A stretch of 64,000 bases of DNA, taken from NCBI GenBank assembly GCA_963710645.1, contig CAVQBD010000006.1, positions 46,550 to 110,549 on the forward strand, written 5' to 3'. Position numbers and translations under genes: made by a program. Position 1 is the first letter of the stretch. Every line of letters starts with the position of its first letter. Positions 1 through 8,852 of the stretch are shown in pieces. The notes beneath the pieces are model-generated. The model was not told the DNA's origin, made no database searches, and was given only the letters and a program-made list of their open reading frames with translations. The stretch comes from an uncultured Holophagae bacterium. GTDB taxonomy: Bacteria > Acidobacteriota > Thermoanaerobaculia > Thermoanaerobaculales > Sulfomarinibacteraceae.

Positions 1-594
1 CGCTACACCTTCTCCAAAGTTGTCAGCGTTCAGGGCACCTATCATCGGGGCCGTTCGCTGAACGCGCGCCAGATCACCGAGGACATTCTCCAGGGGCGCC
101 CCATCGACCCCGAACGCCTGGAACCGCTGTTGTACGAATCGGGCCGGATCCGGGTCAACGTGAATCCGTGGCGCAAGGTCCGGCTGTGGGCCGGCTACGG
201 CAGCGAACGCTCCAACGAGGACGACGACTGGAATCCACGCACCGAACTCGGTCTTGCGGTCAACAACATCGGCAACATCGGCTTTGACTTCGCCGCCTCG
301 AATTTCCGAACCGACCGCGGCGACGACTCGTTTGACTCCATCTATGCCTCCCTCGGCAAGACCTTCGGCCGGAAGGTCTACCTGAGCCTCGACTACACCA
401 CTTCGCTGTCGGTCTTCACGTACGAGGATTCCGAGGGCGGCACCATCGAGGTCACCCCCGAGAGCGACCGCTGGGCGCTGTCGGCCAATGTCAGCCTCAA
501 TCGCACCTTCTCACTGCTCTTCATCGGCGAGTGGGTGGATCAGGACGACTTCGAGGAGACCCGGGCGCTTGCGGGGATGACTGTTCGCTTCTGA
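1..594 (+). CDS. outer-membrane beta-barrel protein, C-terminal fragment (5' end outside window)
   Basis: Frame 1 is open from base 1 to the stop at 592-594. It shows an alternating beta-strand-like pattern and ends ...GMTVRF with a C-terminal Phe, typical of OMP barrels. No finer family call is possible by eye. Confidence 0.45.
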   Translation, partial: RYTFSKVVSVQGTYHRGRSLNARQITEDILQGRPIDPERLEPLLYESGRIRVNVNPWRKVRLWAGYGSERSNEDDDWNPRTELGLAVNNIGNIGFDFAASNFRTDRGDDSFDSIYASLGKTFGRKVYLSLDYTTSLSVFTYEDSEGGTIEVTPESDRWALSANVSLNRTFSLLFIGEWVDQDDFEETRALAGMTVRF

Positions 595-599
595 CGCAA

Positions 600-636
600 G
601 TGAATAGTGAATGAGTGAATAGTGAATAGTGAATAG
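600..636. repeat. tandem heptamer repeat (GTGAATA)n, left arm of inverted pair around the 699-1136 ORF
   Basis: Read directly: gtgaatagtgaatgagtgaatagtgaatagtgaatag. It is the reverse complement of the arm at 1137-1165. Confidence 0.85.
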
Positions 637-698
637 GGGTCTGTACGGGCTGCCTGGGTGTTGAAGAAAGGCTGAGAGGCTTTTGACAGTTTCTGGTC

Positions 699-1136
699 AT
701 GTGTTCCTTTCGAATATTGAAAGAGGACACCGTGGACCAGAGATCGCAGACTCCTTCGTATCGAGAACTCATCTGCTGGCAGAAAGCGATGAGGGTGAGC
801 CTTTCCGTTTATCGCGCAACCGACGGATTTCCACCGGATGAACGATTCGGGTTGATCAGCGAGGCTCGCAAGACATCCAGGTCCGTCCTGTTCAACATCG
901 CGGAAGGCTACCAGCGGGACACACCAGCAGAGTTCATCAGGTTCCTTCAAATCGCACGCGGATCTCAGAGCGAGTTGGAGTCCCAGATCATTCTTGCCGA
1001 GAATCTCAATTACCTCTCCAAAGACGAGGCCAGAACTCTGTTGGAAGATACTGCAGAGTTGGGGAGAGTCCTGTTCGGGCTCGTACGCTCGCTCAGGTCA
1101 AAAACGCAGACCTCACGAAATCAATCCAAAACCTGA
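699..1136 (+). CDS. four-helix-bundle protein (23S rRNA intervening-sequence protein family)
   Basis: Family-typical motifs: ...SYRELICWQKAM..., ...RFGLISEARKTSRSVLFNIAEGYQR..., ...FLQIARGSQSELESQI. Size is about 145 aa. Confidence 0.8.
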   Translation: MCSFRILKEDTVDQRSQTPSYRELICWQKAMRVSLSVYRATDGFPPDERFGLISEARKTSRSVLFNIAEGYQRDTPAEFIRFLQIARGSQSELESQIILAENLNYLSKDEARTLLEDTAELGRVLFGLVRSLRSKTQTSRNQSKT

Positions 1137-1165
1137 CTGTTCACTATTCACTATTCGCTATTACC
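1137..1165. repeat. tandem heptamer repeat (TATTCAC)n, right arm (inverted copy of 600-636)
   Basis: Read directly: ctgttcactattcactattcgctattacc. It starts immediately after the stop codon of the four-helix-bundle ORF. Confidence 0.85.
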
Positions 1166-1171
1166 TTGCTC

Positions 1172-2581
1172 CTAGTACCTATACCACTCCGCTTTGTACG
1201 GCCCGTCCACCGGGACGCCGATGTACTCGGCCTGCTCCGGGGTGAGCTCGGTCAGCTTGGCGCCGAGCTTGTCGAGGTGCAGCCTCGCCACCTCCTCGTC
1301 GAGCTTCTTCGACAAGGTCGTCACGCCGACCTCGTGCTCGTTCTGCCACAAATCCAGCTGGGCCAGCACTTGGTTTGTGAACGAGTTGGACATGACGAAG
1401 CTCGGGTGGCCGGTGGCGCAGCCCAGATTGACCAACCGGCCCTCGGCGAGCAGGAAGATGGCGTGGCCGCCGGGGAAGGTGTACTTGTCCACCTGGGGCT
1501 TGATGTTGAGCTTGGTGACACCCGGCATCTCGTCCAGCGCGTCGACCTGAATCTCGTTGTCGAAGTGACCGATGTTGCAGACGATGGCCTGATCCTTCAT
1601 CCGGCTCATGTGGTCGGCTGTGATGATGTCTCGGTTGCCGGTGGTGGTCACATAGATATCGGCGTGGGGGAGGGCGTCTTCAACCGTGACCACCTTGTAG
1701 CCGGCCATGCACGCCTGCAGGGCGCAGATCGGGTCGATCTCGGTCACCCACACCTGGGCGCGATGGGCCCTGAGTACCTCGGCAGAACCCTTGCCCACGT
1801 CGCCGAATCCACAGATCACGGCCACCTTGCCGGCGACCATGACGTCGGTTGCGCGCTTGATGCCGTCCACCAGCGATTCGCGGCAACCGTAGACGTTGTC
1901 GAATTTGGATTTGGTCACCGAGTCGTTGACGTTGATGGCGGGTATCAGCAGCTCGCCCTTGTCGGCCATCTGGTAGAGCCTGTGGACGCCAGTCGTGGTT
2001 TCTTCGGAAACCCCCTTCAGCCCGTCGACAACGTCATGCCAGAACCTCGGGGCGATGCCCTGAGTTTCCTGGAGGATGCGATGGATGATGGCCAGCTCCT
2101 TGTTGTCGGTGGGTTCGGCGAGGATCGACGAATCTGCTTCCCCCGCGTAGCCGCGGTGGACCATCAACGTGGCATCGCCGCCGTCATCCACGATCAGATT
2201 CGGACCCTGACCGTCGGGCCAGGTGAGGGCCTGTTTGGTGCACCACCAGTACTCCTCGAGGGTTTCGCCCTTCCATGCGAAGACCGGAACGCCGGCCGCG
2301 GCGATGGCTGCCGCCGCGTGATCCTGGGTGGAAAAGATGTTGCAGGAAGCCCACCGGACATCGGCTCCAAGCTCCACGAGTGTCTCGATGAGCACTGCAG
2401 TTTGAATGGTCATGTGAAGAGAGCCGGCGACTCGGGCGCCCGCCAGAGGTTTCATCGGCCCGTATTTCGCTCGGGTCGCCATCAGCCCGGGCATCTCCTT
2501 CTCGGCGATATCGATCTCCCGCCGTCCCCAGTCCGCCAGCCCGATGTCCTTGACTTTTAAATCCGTTGCCGTCGTCGTCAT
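1172..2581 (-). CDS. ahcY: adenosylhomocysteinase
   Basis: Full-length match by eye to AhcY: ...[24 protein letters not shown]..., ...[15 protein letters not shown]..., and NAD site ...[15 protein letters not shown].... Start taken at the MTTTATD Met; the ORF track begins 6 codons upstream. Confidence 0.95.
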   Translation of the reverse strand: MTTTATDLKVKDIGLADWGRREIDIAEKEMPGLMATRAKYGPMKPLAGARVAGSLHMTIQTAVLIETLVELGADVRWASCNIFSTQDHAAAAIAAAGVPVFAWKGETLEEYWWCTKQALTWPDGQGPNLIVDDGGDATLMVHRGYAGEADSSILAEPTDNKELAIIHRILQETQGIAPRFWHDVVDGLKGVSEETTTGVHRLYQMADKGELLIPAINVNDSVTKSKFDNVYGCRESLVDGIKRATDVMVAGKVAVICGFGDVGKGSAEVLRAHRAQVWVTEIDPICALQACMAGYKVVTVEDALPHADIYVTTTGNRDIITADHMSRMKDQAIVCNIGHFDNEIQVDALDEMPGVTKLNIKPQVDKYTFPGGHAIFLLAEGRLVNLGCATGHPSFVMSNSFTNQVLAQLDLWQNEHEVGVTTLSKKLDEEVARLHLDKLGAKLTELTPEQAEYIGVPVDGPYKAEWYRY

Positions 2582-2781
2582 TCGCAGCCCCCTTCTCAAA
2601 CCCGTAACACGTGCAAGTCGTGGAGGATTCTACCTAACCCGAAAACTGTCGACGAACAGGAAGGTGACGTTATCCGTCCGAGCGGGCATCTTTCGGCGTT
2701 GCTGTCGGTTGTCCCATCGAATGCTGTCAATTGTATCCATACGGCCATACTGCGGGACTGGTCCCCGAAGACGGAGAACTG

Positions 2782-2811
2782 TTACATTTTGGTGCCGTTA
2801 TGACGTACAAT
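2782..2811 (+). promoter_or_regulatory. candidate sigma70-type promoter upstream of the NusG-like gene
   Basis: TTACAT (2782-2787), an 18 nt spacer, then TACAAT (2806-2811), inside a locally AT-rich non-coding stretch (about 2690-2880). Sequence match only. Confidence 0.25.
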
Positions 2812-2883
2812 GTTCAAAAGTGGTGGTGTTTTCTCTAAAGTGTCGATCTTGTGAGAGAAAATATTCGGGGGAGAATCTCAACA

Positions 2884-3405
2884 ATGGGTGAGTTGTCTCA
2901 GCAGTGGCTTGTGGTGCGCACGAAGGCGCGGCAGGAGAAGACCGCCGTGCACCATTTGGCCCAAAGGGAGGTGATTCCCTATTGTCCTATGTTTCTCCAA
3001 CCGCCATGGCACCCGCGGGCCCCCCGGGGGCCGGTGCCGCTCTTTTCAGGCTACATATTTGTTCGGTGCAACCTCACGGAACAACTGAACGCAGTGCGAT
3101 TCTGTCCGGGGGTGCTGGCGCCGGTGGCATTCGGTGGTGAGATAGCCATCGCGGACCAGGGTCTCATCGACGCGCTCAGAGGGCGCGAGGGATCACGCGG
3201 CTACGCGCTGCCGGTGGAGCAGGAGGAGGGCATGCCGATGGGTGCCGTCGTCCGCCTGATGAGCGGTCCGTTCGCGGGTATCGAGGGTGTGTTCAACGGA
3301 TGCCTGCGTGGCGGGCAGCGTGCAAAGGTCCTCCTGGAGCTGCTGCGCGGCCGGCACGAGGTGGAAGTGGATTACAGCTCGCTGGCGCTGGTGCGAGCGG
3401 GCTAG
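2884..3405 (+). CDS. NusG-family transcription antiterminator paralogue (RfaH/UpxY-like), head of EPS locus
   Basis: NGN-like N-terminus (WLVVRTKARQEKTAVHHL...PLFSGYIFVR) plus a KOW-like C-terminus (GAVVRLMSGPFAGIEGVF). It sits at the 5' end of a long co-directional polysaccharide operon. Confidence 0.8.
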   Translation: MGELSQQWLVVRTKARQEKTAVHHLAQREVIPYCPMFLQPPWHPRAPRGPVPLFSGYIFVRCNLTEQLNAVRFCPGVLAPVAFGGEIAIADQGLIDALRGREGSRGYALPVEQEEGMPMGAVVRLMSGPFAGIEGVFNGCLRGGQRAKVLLELLRGRHEVEVDYSSLALVRAG

Positions 3406-3488
3406 GTCGCCGCCTCGAAAGGCGCGCGGCTGCTAAAAATTTAAGAATCAATAGGTTGCACATGCAATCAACCTGCGGTAGCTTTGTC

Positions 3489-3721
3489 TAGAATGCTGAA
3501 TTTTGAAATTTTAATTTTGAATTGCCCCCGCCCGATACGGTATAGAGAATGAGCTCCATCTCCCCATGGACGATCCGATGTGCCCCGACATTGCCACAGG
3601 AAGCCTTCGGCCACGCGTCGTCTCCTCTGGCCTGGGGTATACCGAGTTGGAAAGTCGAAGATCGCAGCGGGGGAGGGGGAATTCAAAATTCAAAATTAAA
3701 AATTGAGAATTCAGAATTCAG
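3489..3721. repeat. ORF-less hairpin element: AT-rich heptamer arms with C/G clamps around a core of about 135 nt
   Basis: Left arm is tagaatgctgaattttgaaattttaattttgaattgcccccgccc (3489-3533). Right arm is gggggagggggaattcaaaattcaaaattaaaaattgagaattcagaattcag (3669-3721). The arms are imperfectly complementary. Confidence 0.75.
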
Positions 3722-3767
3722 TTGCTCCACGGAACTTCCGACTTCCCCTGAAATCCCGAGGCATTGA

Positions 3768-4793
3768 ATGACCGGAAATGACCACTTGCCCGTTTTGGTG
3801 ACCGGTGCCGCCGGTTTCATCGGCTTTCATCTTTCAAAGCGGTTGCTTGACGACGGGCGCACGGTCATTGGGCTCGACAATCTGAACGATTACTACGACG
3901 TCAGTTTGAAGGAGGCTCGGCTCCATCAGCTTCGTCAGCGTGAGGGTTTCGAGTTCGTCAAACTCGACCTGGCCAATCGGCTCGGCATGGAGAGCCTGTT
4001 CAACGCCAACTCCTTCAGCTGCGTGGTCAATCTCGCAGCCCAGGCCGGCGTCCGGTATTCGATCGAAAACCCCCACTCCTACATCGACTCGAACCTGGTG
4101 GGCTTCACGAATATCCTCGAGGGCTGTCGTCACCGCGAAGTACCGCACCTCGTGTATGCCTCGTCGAGCTCGGTTTACGGCGCCAACACCGCGATGCCGT
4201 TTTCGGTGCACAACAACGTAGACCACCCGCTGTCGCTGTACGCGGCTTCAAAAAAGGCCAACGAGTTGATGGCCCACACCTACTCGCACCTCTACGGTCT
4301 GCCGACCACCGGCCTCCGGTTTTTTACCGTGTACGGGCCGTGGGGCCGGCCGGACATGGCTCTTTTCAAGTTCACCCGCAACATCCTCGCTGGGGAACCC
4401 ATCGACGTCTTCAACTACGGCAAGCACCGCCGGGACTTCACCTACATCGACGACATCATCGAGGGTGTGGTGCGGGTCATGGCCAATATCCCTCAACCGG
4501 ACAAGAACTGGGACTCTGATCATCCCGACCCGGGTACCAGCGCCGCGCCCTGGCGGGTCTACAACATCGGCAACAGCGAGCCTGTGGAGTTGATGCGATA
4601 CATCGAGGTAATCGAGGAGTGCCTCGGCCGGAACGCCGAAAAGAACATGTTGCCTCTCCAGCCGGGTGACGTTCCGGACACCTACGCCGATGTGACCGCA
4701 CTCGCGGACGACGTCGGTTACCACCCCGACACACCTGTGGAAGTCGGGATCAGGAATTTCATTGACTGGTACAGGGACTACTACGGCGTCTGA
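3768..4793 (+). CDS. NAD-dependent epimerase, UDP-glucuronate 4-epimerase-like
   Basis: Extended SDR fold: [14 protein letters not shown] Rossmann motif, YAASK catalytic motif, and ...[17 protein letters not shown]... typical of UDP-GlcA 4-epimerases (Cap1J/LpsL type). Confidence 0.85.
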   Translation: MTGNDHLPVLVTGAAGFIGFHLSKRLLDDGRTVIGLDNLNDYYDVSLKEARLHQLRQREGFEFVKLDLANRLGMESLFNANSFSCVVNLAAQAGVRYSIENPHSYIDSNLVGFTNILEGCRHREVPHLVYASSSSVYGANTAMPFSVHNNVDHPLSLYAASKKANELMAHTYSHLYGLPTTGLRFFTVYGPWGRPDMALFKFTRNILAGEPIDVFNYGKHRRDFTYIDDIIEGVVRVMANIPQPDKNWDSDHPDPGTSAAPWRVYNIGNSEPVELMRYIEVIEECLGRNAEKNMLPLQPGDVPDTYADVTALADDVGYHPDTPVEVGIRNFIDWYRDYYGV

Positions 4794-4796
4794 GTT

Positions 4797-4832
4797 AACA
4801 AATTTTGAATTTTGAATTCTTATTTCTTAATG
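4797..4832. repeat. AT-rich heptamer arm (left) flanking the four-helix-bundle gene 4890-5285
   Basis: Read directly: aacaaattttgaattttgaattcttatttcttaatg. It lies directly after the epimerase stop. Confidence 0.8.
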
Positions 4833-4889
4833 AAGGGATTGGTCAAGACGTTGGATCTGGGCGTGTGACCAACCGGAGGTACGGGACCG

Positions 4890-5285
4890 TTGGCGGAGGC
4901 GAAGGCAAATCCGATTCGGGACAAGAGCTTCGCTTTCGCGGTATCGGTTGTCCGCCTTTGCAAGCACCTCAATACCGCCCGCGAGTTTGTTATTTCGAAG
5001 CAGTTGCTCAGGAGTGGCACAAGCATTGGGGCGAATATCGAAGAAGCGACAGCGGCGGTAAGCCGACGGGATTTTCTTTATCGAATGACCATCGCATCGA
5101 AAGAGTCGAGGGAGGCCCTTTACTGGCTCAAGCTGTTGCAGCATTCGGATCTCATTCACGATCTGGACGTGAGTGCAGAAATATCGACCGCCAAAGAGCT
5201 CGTTCGGATGCTCACGGCAATTGTGAGGACAACCTCCGGCCGACTGAATCAGGAACAAACACACCCCAATTCAGATTCAAACTGA
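4890..5285 (+). CDS. four-helix-bundle protein (23S rRNA intervening-sequence protein family)
   Basis: Family motifs: ...KSFAFAVSVVRLCKHL..., ...QLLRSGTSIGANIEEA..., ...ASKESREALYWLKLL.... Apparent TTG start. Confidence 0.8.
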   Translation: MAEAKANPIRDKSFAFAVSVVRLCKHLNTAREFVISKQLLRSGTSIGANIEEATAAVSRRDFLYRMTIASKESREALYWLKLLQHSDLIHDLDVSAEISTAKELVRMLTAIVRTTSGRLNQEQTHPNSDSN

Positions 5286-5354
5286 CGGTCCGCGGAGCTT
5301 CGAAAACGACCTCCCGCGCCGTGAATCGAGCCGATCACCAACCGTTCGCCTGCC

Positions 5355-5404
5355 GGGCGGGTGGGGCAATTGAGAATTCAAAATTAAGATCTGAGAATTC
5401 AAAC
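5355..5404. repeat. G-clamp plus AT-rich heptamer arm (right) flanking the four-helix-bundle gene
   Basis: Read directly: gggcgggtggggcaattgagaattcaaaattaagatctgagaattcaaac. It shares gaattcaaaatt blocks in inverted orientation with 4797-4832. Confidence 0.8.
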
Positions 5405-5408
5405 ATTC

Positions 5409-6815
5409 ATGTGTGACGACCTCTCATTTGGAGCCGCCGTGAACCAAACCGCCACCGACCTCCTCAACCGCATCACCAACCACGACGCCGAAATCGGCAT
5501 CATCGGCATGGGGTATGTCGGGCTGCCGCTTGCCCTGGCCTTTGCCGAAAAGGGATTCAAGGTCCTTGGATTCGATGTTGACGACGCCAAGGTGGAGGCA
5601 CTCAAGCGAGGCGAGTCCTACATAAAGCATCTCGATCCCGACCGCGTGTCCAAGGCGGTGAACTCAGCCGGTCTGTGGGCGACCTCCGACTTCACTCGAA
5701 TCGGCGATCCGGATGCGATTTTGATCTGTGTGCCAACCCCATTGACACCCCAGCGCGAGCCCGACATGACCTACGTCCGCCGAGCGGCGTACCAGATCCG
5801 GGAGTACCTGCGGAGGGGCCAGCTCATCATTCTCGAGTCCACGACCTACCCGGGCACGACCGATGAACTCATCCTGCCCATTCTGGATGGAACCAAAGAA
5901 GAACGAACGCGATCCGCCGGCGGAGAGGGAGAATCCGATATCCGCAGCGGCGGGCTGAGATCAGGTTGTGACTTTTTCCTGGCCTTTTCGCCGGAGCGCG
6001 AAGATCCGGGCAACCCGACCTTCGGCACCACCAATACGCCCAAGGTGGTTGGTGGAGTCGACGAGGTCTCGGGCGATCTTGCCGAGGCCCTGTATGGCGA
6101 AATCATGGATCGGACGGTCCGTGTGTCTTCGGCTCGCGCGGCGGAGGCGACAAAACTCATGGAGAATATCTTTCGCTCGGTGAACATCGCGCTGGTCAAC
6201 GAGCTCAAGATGATCTGGGACCGTATGGACATCGATGTCTGGGAGGTGCTTGACGCCGCCGAGACCAAGCCCTTTGGTTTCATGCGGTTCAACCCAGGTC
6301 CGGGTCTTGGTGGCCACTGCATTCCCATCGATCCCTTCTACCTGGCGTGGAAGGCTCGTGAGCATGGGGTGACGACCAAGTTCATCGAGGTCGCTGGCGA
6401 GGTGAACATCCGGACCCCGGAGTACGTCGTAGAAAAGCTCGTTCGGGCGCTCAACGACCGCACCAAGTCGGTCAAGGGCTCCAAAGTCCTGGTCCTTGGC
6501 ATCGCCTACAAGAAGGACATCGACGATCCGCGGGAGAGCCCGGCATTCGAGATCATCGAATCGCTGCTCCGCCTCGGGGCGGACGTGAGCTATTACGATC
6601 AGTTCATCCCCACGGCTCCCAGGATGCGGAGCTGGCCGGGTCTGCCCCCCATGCACTCCATCGATCTGGAAACCGATCTCGGGGAATTTGACGCTGCGGT
6701 GCTCGTTACCGACCACTCGGACGTGGACTACGAAACGCTGGCGAAAGAGCTCGACCTCATCATCGATACCCGTGGCGTGTACCGCGACCCACGGCCGAAT
6801 GTCGTCAAGGCCTAG
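5409..6815 (+). CDS. wbpA: nucleotide-sugar dehydrogenase, UDP-N-acetyl-D-glucosamine 6-dehydrogenase-like
   Basis: N-terminal IGIIGMGYVGLPLALAFA Rossmann motif and catalytic ...GLGGHCIPIDP.... Sits with WbpB- and WbpD-like genes downstream. WecC (UDP-ManNAc dehydrogenase) cannot be excluded by eye. Confidence 0.75.
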   Translation: MCDDLSFGAAVNQTATDLLNRITNHDAEIGIIGMGYVGLPLALAFAEKGFKVLGFDVDDAKVEALKRGESYIKHLDPDRVSKAVNSAGLWATSDFTRIGDPDAILICVPTPLTPQREPDMTYVRRAAYQIREYLRRGQLIILESTTYPGTTDELILPILDGTKEERTRSAGGEGESDIRSGGLRSGCDFFLAFSPEREDPGNPTFGTTNTPKVVGGVDEVSGDLAEALYGEIMDRTVRVSSARAAEATKLMENIFRSVNIALVNELKMIWDRMDIDVWEVLDAAETKPFGFMRFNPGPGLGGHCIPIDPFYLAWKAREHGVTTKFIEVAGEVNIRTPEYVVEKLVRALNDRTKSVKGSKVLVLGIAYKKDIDDPRESPAFEIIESLLRLGADVSYYDQFIPTAPRMRSWPGLPPMHSIDLETDLGEFDAAVLVTDHSDVDYETLAKELDLIIDTRGVYRDPRPNVVKA

Positions 6816-6887
6816 GATTGAAACTCGATGTGAAATCATGCGAATGGGACCTCAACGTGATTCCACTTTCTCGACGGGACCTGAAAA

Positions 6888-7850
6888 ATGGCTAACTTTG
6901 CTCTGACCGGCGTTGCCGGCTACGTCGCACCGCGCCATCTGCAAGCGATCCGAGACACCGGGAACACCCTGGTGGCAGCGGTTGATCCGCACGACTCGGT
7001 GGGTGTCCTGGATCGGTTCTTCAACCAGGTGGCGTTTTTCACCGAGTTCGAGCGCTTCGATCGCCACCTCGAAAAACTCAGGCGGCGTTCCCCCGAAGAG
7101 GGCGTGCAATGGCTTTCGGTGTGCGCACCAAACCACCTGCACGATGCCCATATCCGGCTCGCCCTGCGCGTTGGTGCTGACGCCATCTGCGAGAAACCGT
7201 TGGTCCTCAACCCGTGGAATCTGGATGCCCTGGCGGAACTCGAGCGTGAGTCCGGTCAAAGGGTCTTCACCGTACTCCAATTGAGGGTGCACCCTGCGCT
7301 GATCAAACTCAAAGAGAAACTCGACAGTGCCGCCGGCGCCAAGCGACATGACGTTCGCCTCAGCTACGTCACCGGCCGTGGCCCTTGGTACCGCTACGCA
7401 TGGAAGGGTGATGCGTCGCGTTCCGGTGGAGTGGCCACAAACATCGGAATCCACTTCTTTGACATGTTGATGTGGTTGTTTGGGCCGGTCCAGGCGAGTG
7501 AAGTCCATGTCTCGACCGAGCAGCGAGCCGCAGGTTTTCTGACCCTCGATCGCGCTGATGTCACCTGGTTTCTGTCCATCGATCCCGCCGACCTGCCCTT
7601 CGAAACCAAGCCGGGTGAGCCCGCGACCTATCGCTCTGTGAACGTGGATGGCGAGGAGGTGGAGTTCTCGGGTGGATTTACGGATCTTCACACCCGGGTC
7701 TACGAGGAGACCTTGGCCGGCAGGGGATTTGGAATCGAAGACGCTCGTCCTTCGGTCGATCTGGCCCACTCGATTCGGCAGGCCAAACCGATACGGCCAT
7801 CTGGACCGCATCATCCGATGATTCAGAAACATCGGAATTTTGAATTTTGA
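6888..7850 (+). CDS. wbpB: Gfo/Idh/MocA oxidoreductase, UDP-GlcNAcA 3-dehydrogenase-like
   Basis: MANFALTGVAGYVAPRHLQAIRDTGN..., ...CEKPLVLN.... Size and position between WbpA-like and WbpD-like genes fit. The last codons and the stop lie inside the heptamer repeat (...RNFEF*). Confidence 0.75.
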   Translation: MANFALTGVAGYVAPRHLQAIRDTGNTLVAAVDPHDSVGVLDRFFNQVAFFTEFERFDRHLEKLRRRSPEEGVQWLSVCAPNHLHDAHIRLALRVGADAICEKPLVLNPWNLDALAELERESGQRVFTVLQLRVHPALIKLKEKLDSAAGAKRHDVRLSYVTGRGPWYRYAWKGDASRSGGVATNIGIHFFDMLMWLFGPVQASEVHVSTEQRAAGFLTLDRADVTWFLSIDPADLPFETKPGEPATYRSVNVDGEEVEFSGGFTDLHTRVYEETLAGRGFGIEDARPSVDLAHSIRQAKPIRPSGPHHPMIQKHRNFEF

Positions 7851-8062
7851 ATTCTTAATTCTCAATTTGGAATCTTGGGCAGTGGATCTGTGATGCGGAA
7901 AATATCGTTGCCGATGAACGATCGTCGCTGGATCGAGGTCTCTCCGCCAGCATGAGTTTTTGTTGCAGCATCGCACCAACAAACCAAAAATTTAGATCCA
8001 GAGCCAAAAAAAAATTAAGAATTAAGAATTAAGAATTAAAAATTGAGAATTAAGAATTCGGA
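7834..8062. repeat. ORF-less hairpin element: AT-rich heptamer arms around a core of about 120 nt
   Basis: Left arm is ggaattttgaattttgaattcttaattctcaatttggaatcttggg (7834-7879). Right arm is ...aaattaagaattaagaattaagaattaaaaattgagaattaagaattcgg (about 8011-8062). Confidence 0.75.
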
Positions 8063-8069
8063 ATGAACC

Positions 8070-8726
8070 ATGAAGTATTTTGTCCACGAATCATCATACG
8101 TTGACGACGGTTGCGAGATCGGTGACGGTACCAAGATCTGGCACTTTTCTCACGTGCAATCCGGAGCAAAAATCGGCGCCCAGTGCGTGCTTGGACAGAA
8201 CGTCAACATCGGAAACGACGTGGTGCTTGGAGACGGTGTCAAAATCCAGAACAACGTCTCGGTCTACACCGGCACCGTCGTCGAAGACTACGTTTTCCTC
8301 GGACCCTCATGCGTGCTCACCAACGTCACCAATCCGAGATCGGAGATCAACCGGCACGCGCTCTACGAAAAGACCGTGCTGCGCCGTGGTTGCACGATCG
8401 GCGCGAACGCCACCGTGGTCTGCGGTGTCACCATCGGCCGGTACGCCTTTGTGGGCGCCGGCGCAGTTGTCACAACGGACGTGCCGGACTATGGGCTGAT
8501 GGTCGGGGTACCGGCAAAGCGCGTGGGGTGGATGAGCCGCCATGGTCTGCCGTTGGGCACGGTGGACAGCGGCGGCGTGATGAGGTGCCCCGAGAGCGGG
8601 CTGAGATATCGCGAGCAGGATGGTGTTGTGTCCTGCATCGACGTGGGCGAGGACGAAGAGTTGGCCGCCGACCTGCGCGCCGGCCTTGATTCGTACCGAA
8701 AACTGACGGGACGTTCAATCGAGTAG
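8070..8726 (+). CDS. wbpD: left-handed beta-helix N-acetyltransferase, WbpD-like
   Basis: MKYFVHESSYVDDGCEIGDGTKIWHFSHV... and hexapeptide repeats match the WbpD/WlbB type N-terminus. Genomic context is with wbpA/wbpB-like genes. Confidence 0.75.
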   Translation: MKYFVHESSYVDDGCEIGDGTKIWHFSHVQSGAKIGAQCVLGQNVNIGNDVVLGDGVKIQNNVSVYTGTVVEDYVFLGPSCVLTNVTNPRSEINRHALYEKTVLRRGCTIGANATVVCGVTIGRYAFVGAGAVVTTDVPDYGLMVGVPAKRVGWMSRHGLPLGTVDSGGVMRCPESGLRYREQDGVVSCIDVGEDEELAADLRAGLDSYRKLTGRSIE

Positions 8727-8852
8727 AATCTGGCAGCTCGATGAGAATCCCCATTCTTGTACCGGTTGTTCGCCACAGACGTGGTGACGTGTTGAACGAC
8801 GCCGGACGTGCTTCGTACAACAACAAACGATAGCCGACACGGAGATTTCGCC

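Noticed and set aside
1166-2560. 464-aa ORF on the + strand
   Set aside because: It is exactly antisense to the unmistakable ahcY gene. Its composition is Arg/Gly/Val/Leu-rich, typical of shadow ORFs in GC-rich DNA.
2582-2700. SAH riboswitch in the ahcY 5' leader
   Set aside because: I looked for the conserved SAH-riboswitch pseudoknot sequence on the minus strand upstream of ahcY and could not recognise it. This is not claimed without an Infernal/Rfam (RF01057) scan.
4805-5416. Low-complexity ORFs reading through repeat arms, for example 4805-5416, 3549-3767, 32425-32655, 59176-59532 and 60148-60375
   Set aside because: Their termini translate heptamer repeats (NFEFLFLN, IENSKLRSENS, GLGARDSGLGTRD). 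They also overlap better-supported genes or non-coding cores, so they are artefacts of stop-poor repeats.
5961-7982. Two long minus-strand ORFs (5961-6839 and 6852-7982)
   Set aside because: They are antisense to the wbpA-like and wbpB-like genes, whose products show clear family motifs. The second also reads through a heptamer-repeat region (...NSKFKIP...).
3489-8062. CRISPR array hypothesis for the short direct repeats
   Set aside because: The units are 7 nt and strictly tandem, with no unique spacers of 25-40 nt, and there are no cas genes in the window. They are micro/minisatellite-like repeats, not CRISPR.
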